A stretch of 62,722 nt of DNA, filler included, from Acidimicrobiia bacterium (GTDB lineage: Bacteria; Actinomycetota; Acidimicrobiia; Spongiisociales; SHLN01): NCBI GenBank assembly GCA_041619515.1. It is 5 parts of 5 records of this genome, joined end to end, with 100 filler letters (N's around TTAATTAATTAA, not from the genome) between each part and the next. Parts side by side here need not be neighbours in the genome. Positions count along the whole stretch, not along the records: positions 27,193 to 40,469 come from JBFKDW010000080.1; positions 40,570 to 53,745 come from JBFKDW010000081.1; 3 more parts are not named here. The stretch is one strand, 5' to 3'. Within the stretch, counting starts at the first letter, position 1. Each line of letters starts with the position of its first letter. Position numbers and translations under genes: made by a program. This document shows positions 37,302 to 48,803 of this stretch, in pieces. The notes beneath the pieces were generated by a model, which was not told where the DNA came from, made no database searches, and saw only the letters and a program-made list of their open reading frames with translations.

Positions 37302-40300
37302 ATGGTCTGGGCTGTCATGCTGGCGTGCGGCGTCTTGTTGCTTCCGGCGTCCGGTCGGAGCGCCGCTGAGCAAATCGACTCTTCCTCCGATACGTCACAG
37401 CCGAACATCGTCTTCATCTTTACCGACGATCAGGACGAGGCTTCGGTTTCCTCCATGCCCATCGTCAGTGCAGAGCTCGTCGCAAAGGGAACGACGCTCG
37501 ACAACTTCTTCGTGACTACGTCGAAGTGCTGTCCTTCCCGCGCTTCGGTCCTGCGGGGTCAATACACGCACAACCACGGCGTGACGGGATTCGGACCCAC
37601 GCTTTACCCCGGTTTTTTCAACCAGGGCCATGAGGAATCCACAGTCGCCACCTGGCTCCAGGACGCCGGGTATCGCACGCTGCACGCCGGGAAGTACATG
37701 AATGGGTACCCGGGAGGAGCAGTTCCGAACACCCATGTCCCGGACGGGTGGGACGAGTTCTACGCCAACATCGGGGGCCTTCGCTATTTCGGCTACAGAA
37801 TGAACGACAACGGGGAGTTCGTGCAATACGGGTTCGAGGAGACCGACTACCACACAGACGTGATGGCAGGCAGAGCAGTCGACTTCATCGAAAGCTCCAG
37901 TCCCGAAGATCCGCTGTTCATGTATGTTTCCGTCTTTGCCCCGCACGCCGACGGCGCAGTAGCCGTCCCTATCCCGGCGCCTCGTCATGTCGGGGCTTTT
38001 GACGGGGCGATGGCTCCCCGACCTCCTTCGTTCAACGAGGAGGACGTGTCGGACAAGCCTCGCGGGATCAGGTCGCTCCCGCTGCTCACTGAAAGCGAGA
38101 TCGACGCGATTGATGACCTGCACCGCAACCGCCTCGAATCGTTGCTAGCCGTCGACGAGCTCGTCGGCGACGTCATCGCGGCGCTGGAGGCCTCCGGTCG
38201 CCTCGAGAACACCTACATATTCTTCACTTCCGACAACGGTCTGCACGCCGGCCAGCATCGTCTTCCACCTGGGAAGAATCAGGCGTATGAGGAAGACCAC
38301 GCCGTGCCGTTCATAGTGCGAGGCCCGGGAGTCCCAGCCGGCGCGCATCGCGACGAGCTCGCTCTCAACATCGACGTGGCCCCGACGTTGGCGGAGCTGG
38401 CGGGGGTGGTCGTGCCGGAGTTCGTCGACGGCCGGTCGTTGTCACCCTTACTGGCCGGCGGACCCCCGCTCGACGCCGACTGGCGGCAAGCGTTCTTAAT
38501 CGAGCGGTGGCGTCAATCACCTCCGGAGGAGGTCTATCGCGGTATCCACACTGGCAGCCTCAAATACGTGGAGACGTGCGACTGGGGGGCGTGCGAGCGT
38601 GAGCTCTACGATCTGGAGGCCGATCCGTATGAGCTCGAGAGTATGCATGAGACGATAGAGCCGGAGCTGTTGGCGGAGCTCGAAACCTGGCTCGATGCCC
38701 TGGTCGATTGCGCCGGGGCCTCCTGTAGAGAACTAGAGAACGGGCCACCCGGGTCCATCTGGGGCCAGGCGGTATTCACCGGAGAACGCGACAACCTGGG
38801 GCAACGACGTATCCCCGTTCCCGTGGCGCCGGCGGTAGTCGACGTCCGGGCATCGGTAGCACTCGACGACTGGACACCGGATTCGGTTCAGTTCGTGGCC
38901 GGCTCCAACGCTACGCGGCTCGGACTGGGAGTAGTGCGAAACGGACGACTACAGGCCCGGATGCGGATCGGTTCCCAAACAGTCAATGTGTCCTCGACCA
39001 CCGTGGTCCCAGTGAGCGATGGCGAACGGCTCTGGGTGCGAATGGTGTACAGGGCCTCCTCGGGCGGGATCCTGTTCTACACCTCGGAGGACCGCACCGG
39101 AGACCACACCAACGTCACATGGACTCAGCTGGGTGAGATAGTTCTCACAGATGCAACCGGCGAGCTGGCTCCGATCAGCCGGTTGGTGGCGGGGCAGGCC
39201 AACCATCGCACCGCCTGGCCGATGGCGGGGTCACTATTTGGAGCGGGATGGAGATTCGACGCTGTCGAGTACGGGATCGATCTCACTTCGACCGCCGACC
39301 TGACCTCCCCGCCACCCGATTATTCCCAATGGGGACCATGGAACATCACAGGTGCCGACTGGCGGTATCAGCCGCCCCCGCTCACGCCAGGTCATGTTCT
39401 GTTCGATGGCGAGGATGGCAACTATGGACTCAGGACGATTCCCGATCCGGCCGCACCCACTGTGGTCGATGTGCGGGCGTCGGTGGCGCTCGAGGATTGG
39501 AACGCGGGCAGCGTGCAGGGGGTGGCGGGGTCCAACAACCTGCGCTTGGTGCTCGAGACCACCCCGAACCGTTTCCTGAGGTCCCGGGTGATGCTTGATT
39601 CCGGGCAGGTGACCGCCTTCTCGACGCATCGGGTTCCTAGGGTGTTCGATGGCGACCGGATGTGGCTGCGATTCGAATTCGATACCTCGACCGGCGACAC
39701 CACCTTCTACTGGTCGCCCGACGATACCGGAGACCACGGCCGAGTCGCGTGGCACCAGTTGGGCGACGTCATCCAAACCGGCAACACCGGCGCGCTGTTA
39801 CCGCTCAACGAGCTCGTCTTGGGCCAGGCCAACCCCACCAGGACCCGACCAATAACCGGGAAGATCTTCGGGGCGGGCTGGATCTTCGACGGTGTCGAGT
39901 ACGGGATCGACCTCACCACAAACGGCCAGCTGACCTCCGAGCCGACAGATTACTCACAATGGGGAGCCTGGTCATTCACCGGTCCGACCTGGACATACCA
40001 GCCGACCCTGGATGCGCTCATCGACGTCGTTCCAGGAAACCTGTCGGTGCCCGAGGGTGAAACGGGAACATTCCAGATCTCCCTCCTGGCCACACCGACG
40101 GCACCGGTGACAATAAACCTGACCCCCTCACCGGCAGGCGAATGCACCGTCGATCCGTCTACGGTGGTCCTGTCGTCGACAACGTCTCCGGTGGATGTGA
40201 CCGTAACCGGCTCCGAGGACTTGCGCATCGACGGAGATGAAACCTGTGAAGTCATCACCCACCCGGCTACTGGCCCTGTCTTCTTTGCCGGAACCGACCC

Positions 40301-40469
40301 TGCCAACGTGACCGTAACCATCACAAACGTGGATACGCCGGGCGCTTCGGTGACGCCCACAGAACTCACGATCGCAGAGCTGCAGACAGATTCGTTCCAA
40401 ATCTCCCTCGATGCCCTCCCTGAGAATCCGGTGACGGTGTCGTTCCAATCCTCGGACGAGACCGAATGC
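37302..40469 (+). CDS. Secreted sulfatase (N-acetylglucosamine-6-sulfatase-like) with tandem accessory domains; 3' truncated, start uncertain
   Basis: Signal peptide, FTDDQD, CCPSRAS (CxPxR), GKYMNGY, SDNG, ELYDL..DPYE; two 200-aa repeats then Ig/Calx-beta-like repeats. Confidence 0.9.
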
Positions 40470-40569
40470 NNNNNNNNNNNNNNNNNNNNNNNNNNNNNNN
40501 NNNNNNNNNNNNNTTAATTAATTAANNNNNNNNNNNNNNNNNNNNNNNNNNNNNNNNNNNNNNNNNNNN
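40470..40569. other. Artificial contig linker
   Basis: N-TTAATTAATTAA-N. Confidence 0.99.
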
Positions 40570-40570
40570 C

Positions 40571-40834
40571 ACCGAGATTCCCGGCGCGGGGAAGAAGCCG
40601 GCGGCGAAGAAGCCTGCGGCAGAGAAGCCGGCGGCGAAGAAGCCTGCGGCGAAGAAGCCTGCGGCAGAGAAGCCTGCGGCAGAGAAGCCTGCGGCAGAGA
40701 AGCCTGCGGCAGAGAAGCCTGCGGCAGAGAAGCCGGCGGCGAAGAAGCCTGCGGCGAAGAAGCCGGCGGCGAAGAAGCCTGCGGCCGAGAAGCCGGCGGC
40801 GAAGAAGCCGGCCAGCAACGGAGAGGATTCATAG
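40571..40834 (+). CDS. rplU: 3' end of probable 50S ribosomal protein L21 with a (K/E)KPAA repeat tail
   Basis: TEIPGAG-(K/EKPAA)x14[10 protein letters not shown]; stop abuts the rpmA ATG. Identity inferred from conserved rplU-rpmA-obg order. Confidence 0.7.
   Translation, partial: TEIPGAGKKPAAKKPAAEKPAAKKPAAKKPAAEKPAAEKPAAEKPAAEKPAAEKPAAKKPAAKKPAAKKPAAEKPAAKKPASNGEDS
40592..40813 (+). repeat. 15-bp coding tandem repeat (about 15 units)
   Basis: (A/G)AGAAGCC(G/T)GCGGC(A/G/C) units. Confidence 0.95.
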
Positions 40835-41086
40835 ATGTCCAAGACGAAGGGCGCAGGCTCAACCAAGAACGGGCGGGAATCCGCCGCCCAGCGGCTCGGG
40901 ACCAAGGCATTCGACGGGCAATTCATCACGGCCGGATCGATCATCGTCCGCCAGCGTGGCACCCACATTCATCCGGGTGCGAACGTCGGCCGAGGCTCCG
41001 ACGACACGTTGTTCGCCAAGGCCGACGGAACCGTCAAGTTCGGTGCTCGCAACAACCGGCGCCACGTAGACGTCGTAGCCGAGTAG
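40835..41086 (+). CDS. rpmA: 50S ribosomal protein L27
   Basis: GSTKNGRES...[10 protein letters not shown]...[12 protein letters not shown]. Confidence 0.97.
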   Translation: MSKTKGAGSTKNGRESAAQRLGTKAFDGQFITAGSIIVRQRGTHIHPGANVGRGSDDTLFAKADGTVKFGARNNRRHVDVVAE

Positions 41087-41224
41087 CCCTGCGGCGCCTC
41101 GTTCACGGGCGTGACCGTTGCTCCAGCATGCTCGCGAGGCGTCATCCGCGATCCAAGTGCAGCACTCCGAGCGTGCCGCTATGTTCGGTGACGCCGAGCG
41201 AAACTGCGACGGAGGGCAAGGATC

Positions 41225-41482
41225 ATGAGCCGGTTTGAACGAGCCATCTCGCATTATCAGGTTGTCATCAACCACGAAGAGCAATACATGTTGTGGCCGG
41301 CCACCGGGCCCCGACTGAAGAACTGGAAGCCGGTCGGCTTCGAGGGACCGCTCGACGAGGCCCAGCGGTATATCGAGGAAGTGTGGACCGACATGCGGCC
41401 CCTCAGTCTCCGAAAGGCCATCGACGAGTTCGGCAGCGTGGAGGACATCCCGAAAGAGGTTTGGACGGACATGCGTCCGTGA
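41225..41482 (+). CDS. mbtH: MbtH-like protein
   Basis: YQVVINHEEQYMLWP...W...YIEEVWTDMRPLSLR. Confidence 0.88.
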   Translation: MSRFERAISHYQVVINHEEQYMLWPATGPRLKNWKPVGFEGPLDEAQRYIEEVWTDMRPLSLRKAIDEFGSVEDIPKEVWTDMRP

Positions 41483-41584
41483 CCTCCGGCTGTGGGGGGT
41501 GGTCTGTCGACCGAGCGGCCGAGGTGCGAATCGTCCCTACCCGGCCGCTCACGACGCCCCGCCCCGCTGGGTACCCTCCAGCTG

Positions 41585-42874
41585 ATGTTCATCGACGAAG
41601 CCGTGATGTATGCCCGCGGGGGAGACGGCGGCGCCGGCGTGGCCGCATTCCTCAAGCTGCGCGGCAAGCCGAAGGGTAAGCCGGTAGGTGGGGCCGGCGG
41701 CCGAGGCGGTGCGGTCATCATCCAGGCAGACGACTCGGTCGCCAGCCTGCTCGACCTCAAGCGCCATCCGCACCAGCGGGCCGGCTCTGGAAAGCACGGA
41801 GAGGGCGACGTTCGCAACGGCCGCCGGGGAGAGGATCTCAGGGTGCGCGTTCCCCTCGGAACCGTCGTCTACCTGGAGGATGGCACGCTGCTCGCCGATC
41901 TCGTGCGGCATGGTCAAGAGGTGACCGTGGCAGCCGGCGGGCGCGGAGGACGCGGCAATCATGCCCTGGTGACGCCCCGGCTGCGGGCCCCGACGTTTGC
42001 CGAACAAGGTGAATACGGCCAGGAGGTCACGATCCGCCTGGAGGTCAAGCTGATCGCCGACGCAGCTCTCATAGGCTTTCCGAACGCGGGGAAGAGCACG
42101 CTCATCGCAACCGTCTCGGCTGCCAAACCGAAGATCGCCGACTATCCGTTCACGACCCTCGAGCCCAATCTCGGAGTGGTCGATTTCGACGGGCGGGATT
42201 TCGTGCTCGCCGACATCCCCGGCCTCATCGAAGGCGCCGCCGAAGGGAAGGGCCTCGGTCACGCCTTCCTGCGCCACGTTGAGCGGGCCAGGGTCCTCGT
42301 CGTTCTGCTCGATGCCTCGAGCCTGCAGTCCACCTCCCCGCAACACCAGTACCAGACCCTGCTCGGTGAGTTGACTGCGCACTCGCCCGCGTTGATCCAT
42401 CGCCAGCGGATCGTGGCACTAGGCAAAGCCGACCTCACCGAATCCGCTCCCGCCCGCGCCGAGTTGAAAGCATGGGCTGAAGCCGAAGGCTTGGAGCTGC
42501 ATGTTTTCTCTGCCTTGACAGGCGAGGGAATCCGTCCCTTGCTTTCATCCATACTGGAGGCTGTGGATGCCGTGCGGCGGGAGAGCCCAAGCAGACAGGG
42601 GTATGTGTTGCATCGTCCCGCCGGGCCGGGCTTTCGGGTGATTCGCGAGGGGGACGTGTGGGTGCTCGAAGGGCGGGCGGCCGAGCGCGCCGTCAACCTC
42701 GACGACCTGTCCTCTCCAGAGGTTCTCGACTACGTTGCCGCACGGCTGGCCCGGTCGGGCATGACCCAGGCGCTCGTCACCGCCGGGGCCAAATCCGGAG
42801 ACGACGTGCGCATCGGCGATCTGCTGTTCGAGTTCCGTCCCGACGCCGAGGACGATGTGGACGGTGAAGAATGA
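41585..42874 (+). CDS. obgE: GTPase ObgE/CgtA
   Basis: MFIDEA, GFPNAGKST, YPFTT, DIPG, C-terminal OCT domain. Confidence 0.96.
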   Translation: MFIDEAVMYARGGDGGAGVAAFLKLRGKPKGKPVGGAGGRGGAVIIQADDSVASLLDLKRHPHQRAGSGKHGEGDVRNGRRGEDLRVRVPLGTVVYLEDGTLLADLVRHGQEVTVAAGGRGGRGNHALVTPRLRAPTFAEQGEYGQEVTIRLEVKLIADAALIGFPNAGKSTLIATVSAAKPKIADYPFTTLEPNLGVVDFDGRDFVLADIPGLIEGAAEGKGLGHAFLRHVERARVLVVLLDASSLQSTSPQHQYQTLLGELTAHSPALIHRQRIVALGKADLTESAPARAELKAWAEAEGLELHVFSALTGEGIRPLLSSILEAVDAVRRESPSRQGYVLHRPAGPGFRVIREGDVWVLEGRAAERAVNLDDLSSPEVLDYVAARLARSGMTQALVTAGAKSGDDVRIGDLLFEFRPDAEDDVDGEE

Positions 42875-43968
42875 GGCGCCCGCTCCAGGCCGGCCGCCCT
42901 GTGGTGGTGAAGGTTGGCTCTTCGAGCCTGGCGCCGGGCGGCGGCGGGCTTGATGGGGACGCGGTCGGCCGGGTCGTCGACCAGGTTGCCGACCTCTGGG
43001 AGCTCGGGCACCCGACGGTGCTCGTCAGTTCCGGGGCCGTAGCGGCCGGGATCCCGGTGCTGGGCCGACGCCCCACGGATCTGCCCGGCTTTCAAGTGGC
43101 GGCGGCAGTGGGTCAGAGCAGGCTGATGGAGCGGTACACGGCCCGGTTCGCCGCCCGGGGGCGCACCGCCGGCCAGGTGTTGCTGACCAAGGACGTGCTC
43201 GCCAACCGCCAGCAGTACCTCAACGCCCGTGAGACGCTCACGCGCATGCTTTCGCTCGGCCTGGTCCCCGTCGTCAACGAGAACGACAGCGTCGGGGTCG
43301 AGGAGCTTCGGTATGGCGACAACGATCGTCTGGCGGCGGTCGTCTCCCACCTGGCCGGTGCCGGCATGCTGGTGTTGCTCACCGATACTGCCGGCCTCTT
43401 CTCGGGCGATCCGCGTCTCGAGGCGGACGTCGCGCTCATCAATGCAGTGCGCCACACCGACGAGGCGCTCGACGAGCTGGTGCGGGGCGCACCGGGACCG
43501 CTCGGGTCCGGGGGCGTGGCGACCAAGGTGGCCGCCGCCCGCATGGCCGCCTGGTCGGGCGTGCCGACGGTGATCGCCGCCGCCGACGAAGCCGATGTCG
43601 TTGCGCGGGCGGTGCGTGGAATCGAGGTCGGGACCTGGATCGATCCGCACCCGACGGCCTTGCCGGCTCGCAAGCTGTGGATCGCTTTCGGCCAACCCGC
43701 CGAGGGCCGCCTCACGGTGGACGCCGGCGCGGCCGCCGCCCTCGTCGAGCGGGGCAAATCGTTGTTGGCAGTGGGTGTCACAGCGGTGTCGGGCGGCTTC
43801 GAGGCCGGTGCTGCCGTCGAGGTGGAAGCCCATGGTGGACGGTTGATCGCCAAGGGGCTCACCGAATATTCGGCACGAGAGCTGCAGAGCATCGCCGGGA
43901 AACCGAGCGCCGAGGCCGGGGGAGTGGCCATTCACCGCGATCACCTCGTGGTGCTCATCGGTGGATGA
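42871..43968 (+). CDS. proB: Glutamate 5-kinase
   Basis: VVKVGSS, NENDSV, GDNDRL, C-terminal PUA domain. Confidence 0.96.
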   Translation: MRRPLQAGRPVVVKVGSSSLAPGGGGLDGDAVGRVVDQVADLWELGHPTVLVSSGAVAAGIPVLGRRPTDLPGFQVAAAVGQSRLMERYTARFAARGRTAGQVLLTKDVLANRQQYLNARETLTRMLSLGLVPVVNENDSVGVEELRYGDNDRLAAVVSHLAGAGMLVLLTDTAGLFSGDPRLEADVALINAVRHTDEALDELVRGAPGPLGSGGVATKVAAARMAAWSGVPTVIAAADEADVVARAVRGIEVGTWIDPHPTALPARKLWIAFGQPAEGRLTVDAGAAAALVERGKSLLAVGVTAVSGGFEAGAAVEVEAHGGRLIAKGLTEYSARELQSIAGKPSAEAGGVAIHRDHLVVLIGG

Positions 43969-43979
43969 GACCAACCAGC

Positions 43980-44789
43980 TCAGGTCAACAACAGCTTGTC
44001 GAGACGGCGCGATGAGACGGCCGAGCCGACGGCTCCCATCGCCAGGAGGAACCCGATATGGGCAAGGAGGCCGGCGTCGAAAACTCCGAACGTGAGCGCC
44101 CTGATCAGCTCGACCCCGTGATAGAGCGGTGAAAGCTGGACGAATGGGTGAAACCAGCCCGGGTAGGTGCTGAGCGGGAAGAACGTGGCGGAGAAGAGGA
44201 AGAGAGGAAGCACCACCAGGTTCACCATGTCGAAGTCCTGCCAGGAGTTCATGTACGTCGTGGCTGCCATCCCGCAGGCGGCAAAGGCGAACCCTATGAG
44301 AACGGCGGCCGGCACGACCAGCACCGCCCACAGCGACTGGACCAGGCCCATGACCACCATCACCAGCAGGAAGGCGGTCGAATAGATGAGGCCGCGACCG
44401 AGCGACCAGGTGATCTCCCCGATGGCGATGTCACTCGTCTTCATCGGGGTGGCCAGGATGGCGTCGTACACCTTGCCGTATTTCAGCTTGAAGAAGATGT
44501 TGATCGTCGACTCGAAAATGGCGCCGTTCATGGCCGAGGCGGCCAGCAGTGCCGGGGCGGCAAACGCGGTGTAGTCGACGGTGGTCCCGCCCGGCCCGCT
44601 GACCTCGCCGATCAGCGCCCCCATGCCCACCCCGATGGAGAAGAGGTAGAAGATCGGCTCGAAGAACCCCGACAGGATCACGATCCACACCCGTCGGTAC
44701 ACGAGGAAGTTGCGTTCGAGCAGCCGGGCGGCCCCGCCTCCGACGACGAGCGGCGGGGGAATCGCCCGGGCGGCGAGGGTGTCACTCAC
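43980..44789 (-). CDS. ABC-2 transporter permease (NodJ-like)
   Basis: Six TMs, FLFSATFFPL. Confidence 0.9.
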   Translation of the reverse strand: MSDTLAARAIPPPLVVGGGAARLLERNFLVYRRVWIVILSGFFEPIFYLFSIGVGMGALIGEVSGPGGTTVDYTAFAAPALLAASAMNGAIFESTINIFFKLKYGKVYDAILATPMKTSDIAIGEITWSLGRGLIYSTAFLLVMVVMGLVQSLWAVLVVPAAVLIGFAFAACGMAATTYMNSWQDFDMVNLVVLPLFLFSATFFPLSTYPGWFHPFVQLSPLYHGVELIRALTFGVFDAGLLAHIGFLLAMGAVGSAVSSRRLDKLLLT

Positions 44790-45562
44790 GAGATCAACCG
44801 CCTACTGAGGAATCGGACCGCGAAGTAGCCTCCCACCACCGTCCACGCCGCTAGGTAGCCGGCGCTGACCAGCGGGTGAAACGTGTAGTCGGCTCCCAGC
44901 GCCAGACCCCGGCAGAGCTCGACCCCGTGCCACAGCGGGGTCACGTATGCGATCGGCTCCACCGCGTCGGGAAGCTGCTCGATCGGGAAGAATGTCCCGG
45001 AGAACAAGAACAGCGGGATGATCCCAAACCGGAACAGCGACGCCAGGCCCGTTTCGCTCTTGAGGCGGGCGGTGTAGGCGGTGATGACGGCCGCGAAGGC
45101 GACGCCTGTCAGCACGCCGGGCGGCACCGCCGCCAGGCCTTCGAGGACGGTCGTGGCCCCGAACAGCGCCATCACGGCTGCGAATGCCACCGCGACGAAG
45201 GTGATCCGCAGCGTGACCCAGCCGAGATGGCCCAGCACCAACTCGGGGACACCGATCGGCGTCGACAGCGTGGCCTGATAGGTCTTGCGCCACTTGACGG
45301 CCGCCATCACCGGATAGGAGGCGTCGACGGCCCCGGCCTGCATGGTGGTTGCCGCCAGCAGCCCCGGGGCCAGCCAGGTCAGGTAGGGAAGCTGGAGGTT
45401 GGCTGCCCCCGGCCCATCGTCCACCAGCTGCCCGGCCAGGATCCCCATGGCGAGCAGGTAGAGCATCGGGTTGAGAAACGTCGAGATGACGCTGCCCCGC
45501 CAGGTCCGCCGGTACACCCGAGCACCCGCCTCCACTACCCGTAGTGAGCCGGCAATGCTCAT
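44786..45562 (-). CDS. ABC-2 transporter permease (NodJ-like)
   Basis: LAPGLLA, FLFSGTFFPI. Confidence 0.9.
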   Translation of the reverse strand: MSIAGSLRVVEAGARVYRRTWRGSVISTFLNPMLYLLAMGILAGQLVDDGPGAANLQLPYLTWLAPGLLAATTMQAGAVDASYPVMAAVKWRKTYQATLSTPIGVPELVLGHLGWVTLRITFVAVAFAAVMALFGATTVLEGLAAVPPGVLTGVAFAAVITAYTARLKSETGLASLFRFGIIPLFLFSGTFFPIEQLPDAVEPIAYVTPLWHGVELCRGLALGADYTFHPLVSAGYLAAWTVVGGYFAVRFLSRRLIS

Positions 45563-46485
45563 CAGTCGATCAACGTTCTGCCGGTCAGGCGCAGGAACAC
45601 GTCCTCGAGTGTCGAACGACGGCTCACCGTCGATTCGGGCGCAAAGCCGGCCTCCAGGACCCGGGCGTGCGCCAAATCGGCATCGTCGGTGTAGAGCAAC
45701 ACACGGTCCGGGAGCACCTCGATCTCCTTGGCGATCTCGCCGAGTTGTTGGGCCTGTACCGCCTGGGCGCCGACCGGGAACCGGAGTTCGAGCACTTCCC
45801 GGGTGGCGTAGCGGTCGATGAGGTCACGGGGAGCTCCCTCTGCGGCGATCTTGCCCTTGTCCATGATCACCAGCCGGTCGCACAGTTGCTCGGCCTCATC
45901 CATGTAGTGGGTGGTGATGATGAGGGTGACGCCCTGCTGCTTGAGGCGGTAGAGGCGATCCCACAGGAGGTGGCGTGCCTGCGGGTCGAGCCCCGTGGTG
46001 GGCTCGTCCAGGAGCAACAAGTCCGGCTGGTTGATGAGGGCCCTGGCGATGACGAGGCGCCGCTTCATGCCGCCCGAGAGCGGCTCCACCAAGCTCTGGC
46101 GGCGGTCTTCGAGCTGAGCGAAAGCCAGCAGCTCTGCGGCCCTGGCATCGATGACCCCCTTGGGGAGCCCGAAATAGCGGCCGTAGATCAGCAGGTTCTC
46201 GTAGACGGAGAGCTCTTGATCGAGGTTGTCCTCCTGAGGGACGACGCCGAGCCGAGCACGGATCTTGGGCCCGTCCCGGGCCGGATCCATGCCCAGCACC
46301 TGCAGGGTGCCGGCCGTCAAGGGCGAGACCGCACCGATCATCTTCATCGTCGAGCTCTTGCCGGCGCCGTTTGGCCCCAGGAACCCGAACGCCTCCCCCT
46401 CGTGCACGTCGAAGTCGATGGCGTCGACGGCGACCAGCGACTCGAAGTGCTTGGTGAGGTTGCGCGCTTCGACCAGGTTCGACAT
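45562..46485 (-). CDS. ABC transporter ATP-binding protein (NodI-like)
   Basis: GPNGAGKS, LSGGMKRR, LDEPTTGLD. Confidence 0.94.
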   Translation of the reverse strand: MSNLVEARNLTKHFESLVAVDAIDFDVHEGEAFGFLGPNGAGKSSTMKMIGAVSPLTAGTLQVLGMDPARDGPKIRARLGVVPQEDNLDQELSVYENLLIYGRYFGLPKGVIDARAAELLAFAQLEDRRQSLVEPLSGGMKRRLVIARALINQPDLLLLDEPTTGLDPQARHLLWDRLYRLKQQGVTLIITTHYMDEAEQLCDRLVIMDKGKIAAEGAPRDLIDRYATREVLELRFPVGAQAVQAQQLGEIAKEIEVLPDRVLLYTDDADLAHARVLEAGFAPESTVSRRSTLEDVFLRLTGRTLID

Positions 46486-46658
46486 CCGGCGCCGAACGCT
46501 AGTAGTCACCGGCTATTCGACACGCACCGCTGTTACTCCTTGCCCGGGGAGGCGGGCGCTCCGGCGGAGCCGGGAGCGGGCGGAGGCGCCGGATGGGAGC
46601 CCGAGCGCAGGACCGCCGCGCCGGGCGCTTTGCGCCCGACCCACCTACACTCCTGGGC

Positions 46659-47893
46659 ATGCTCGAGAAGATCGGCCGACAGGCCAAGGAAGCCGCCCGG
46701 GCGGTGGCGACCGCCTCCACGACCCACAAGAACGCGGCGCTCCATGCGATGGCGGATCGGCTGCTCGCTGCCGCTCCCGGGATTCTGGCGGCCAATGCCG
46801 AGGACATGGAGCAGGCGAAGAACGAAGGGGTGAGCGGGGCTTTGCTCGACCGCTTGCTGCTCACCGACTCCCGCATCGAGGGGATGGCCAATGGGCTGCG
46901 CACCGTTGCCGGCCTCCCCGACCCCGTCGGGGTCATCACCGGGGGTTGGCGCATGTACAACGGGGTCCGGGTCCAGCGCCAGCGCGCTCCGCTCGGGGTG
47001 GTTGCGGTCATCTACGAGGCTCGGCCCAACGTCACCGCCGACGCCGGGGGCCTGGCGTTCAAAGCCGGCAATGCGGCGATTCTGCGCGGGTCGAGCTACG
47101 CGCTCCGGTCGAACATGGCCGTGGCCCGGGCCCTCCAGGAAGGTCTCGAGAGTGAGGGGCTCCCCGCCACGAGCATCCAGCTGCTCGAAGACACCAGCCG
47201 GGAGGGATCGATCGCGTTGATGACGGCCCGGGAATGGGTCGACCTGCTCGTCCCCCGGGGAGGACCGGGCCTCATCCAGGCCATGGTCGACAATGCCACC
47301 GTTCCCTACGTCATTGACGGAGCCGGCAATTGCCACGTATACATCGACGGTGCTGCAGACCTCGAAAAAGCGCTCGCCATCACCGTGAACGCCAAGGTGC
47401 AGCGACCCGGGGTCTGCAATGCCGCCGAGTCGCTCCTCGTGCACGAGGGGGTGGCCGCCGAGTTCCTGCCCACCGTCTCGCAGGCTCTGATGGATGCCGG
47501 CGTCGAACTACGGGGTGATGGCGCCTCGCGAGCCATCGTCCCCGGGATGCTCGAGGCGACCGACGAGGATTTCGCAACCGAATTCCACGATCTCATCATG
47601 TCCGTTGCCGTCGTCCCGTCGGTCGAGGCTGCGGTGGAACACGTCGTGCGGTACGGCACCGGCCACACCGATGCGATCGTCACCGAGGACTACTCGGCGG
47701 CGCAGACGTTCGTTGCCGGCGTCGACTCTGCCGTTGCCATGGTCAACGCTTCCACGCGCTTCACCGACGGCGAGGAGTTCGGATTCGGAGCCGAAATCGG
47801 AATATCGACCCAGAAGCTGCATGTTCGGGGCCCGATGGGGCTGGAGGCACTGACCTGCGAGCGCTACGTCCTCTACGGCGACGGCCAGGTTCG

Positions 47894-47897
<4 letters not shown>
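46659..47897 (+). CDS. proA: Gamma-glutamyl phosphate reductase
   Basis: IYEARPNVT, PRGG, GVCNAAE, NASTRFTDG, GISTQKLHVRGPMG. Confidence 0.97.
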
Positions 47898-48751
<854 letters not shown>

Positions 48752-48803
48752 CCGGTGCCGGCGCAGCCACCGGTGCTCGACCACCCCGGCCGGTCGTGAG
48801 CGC

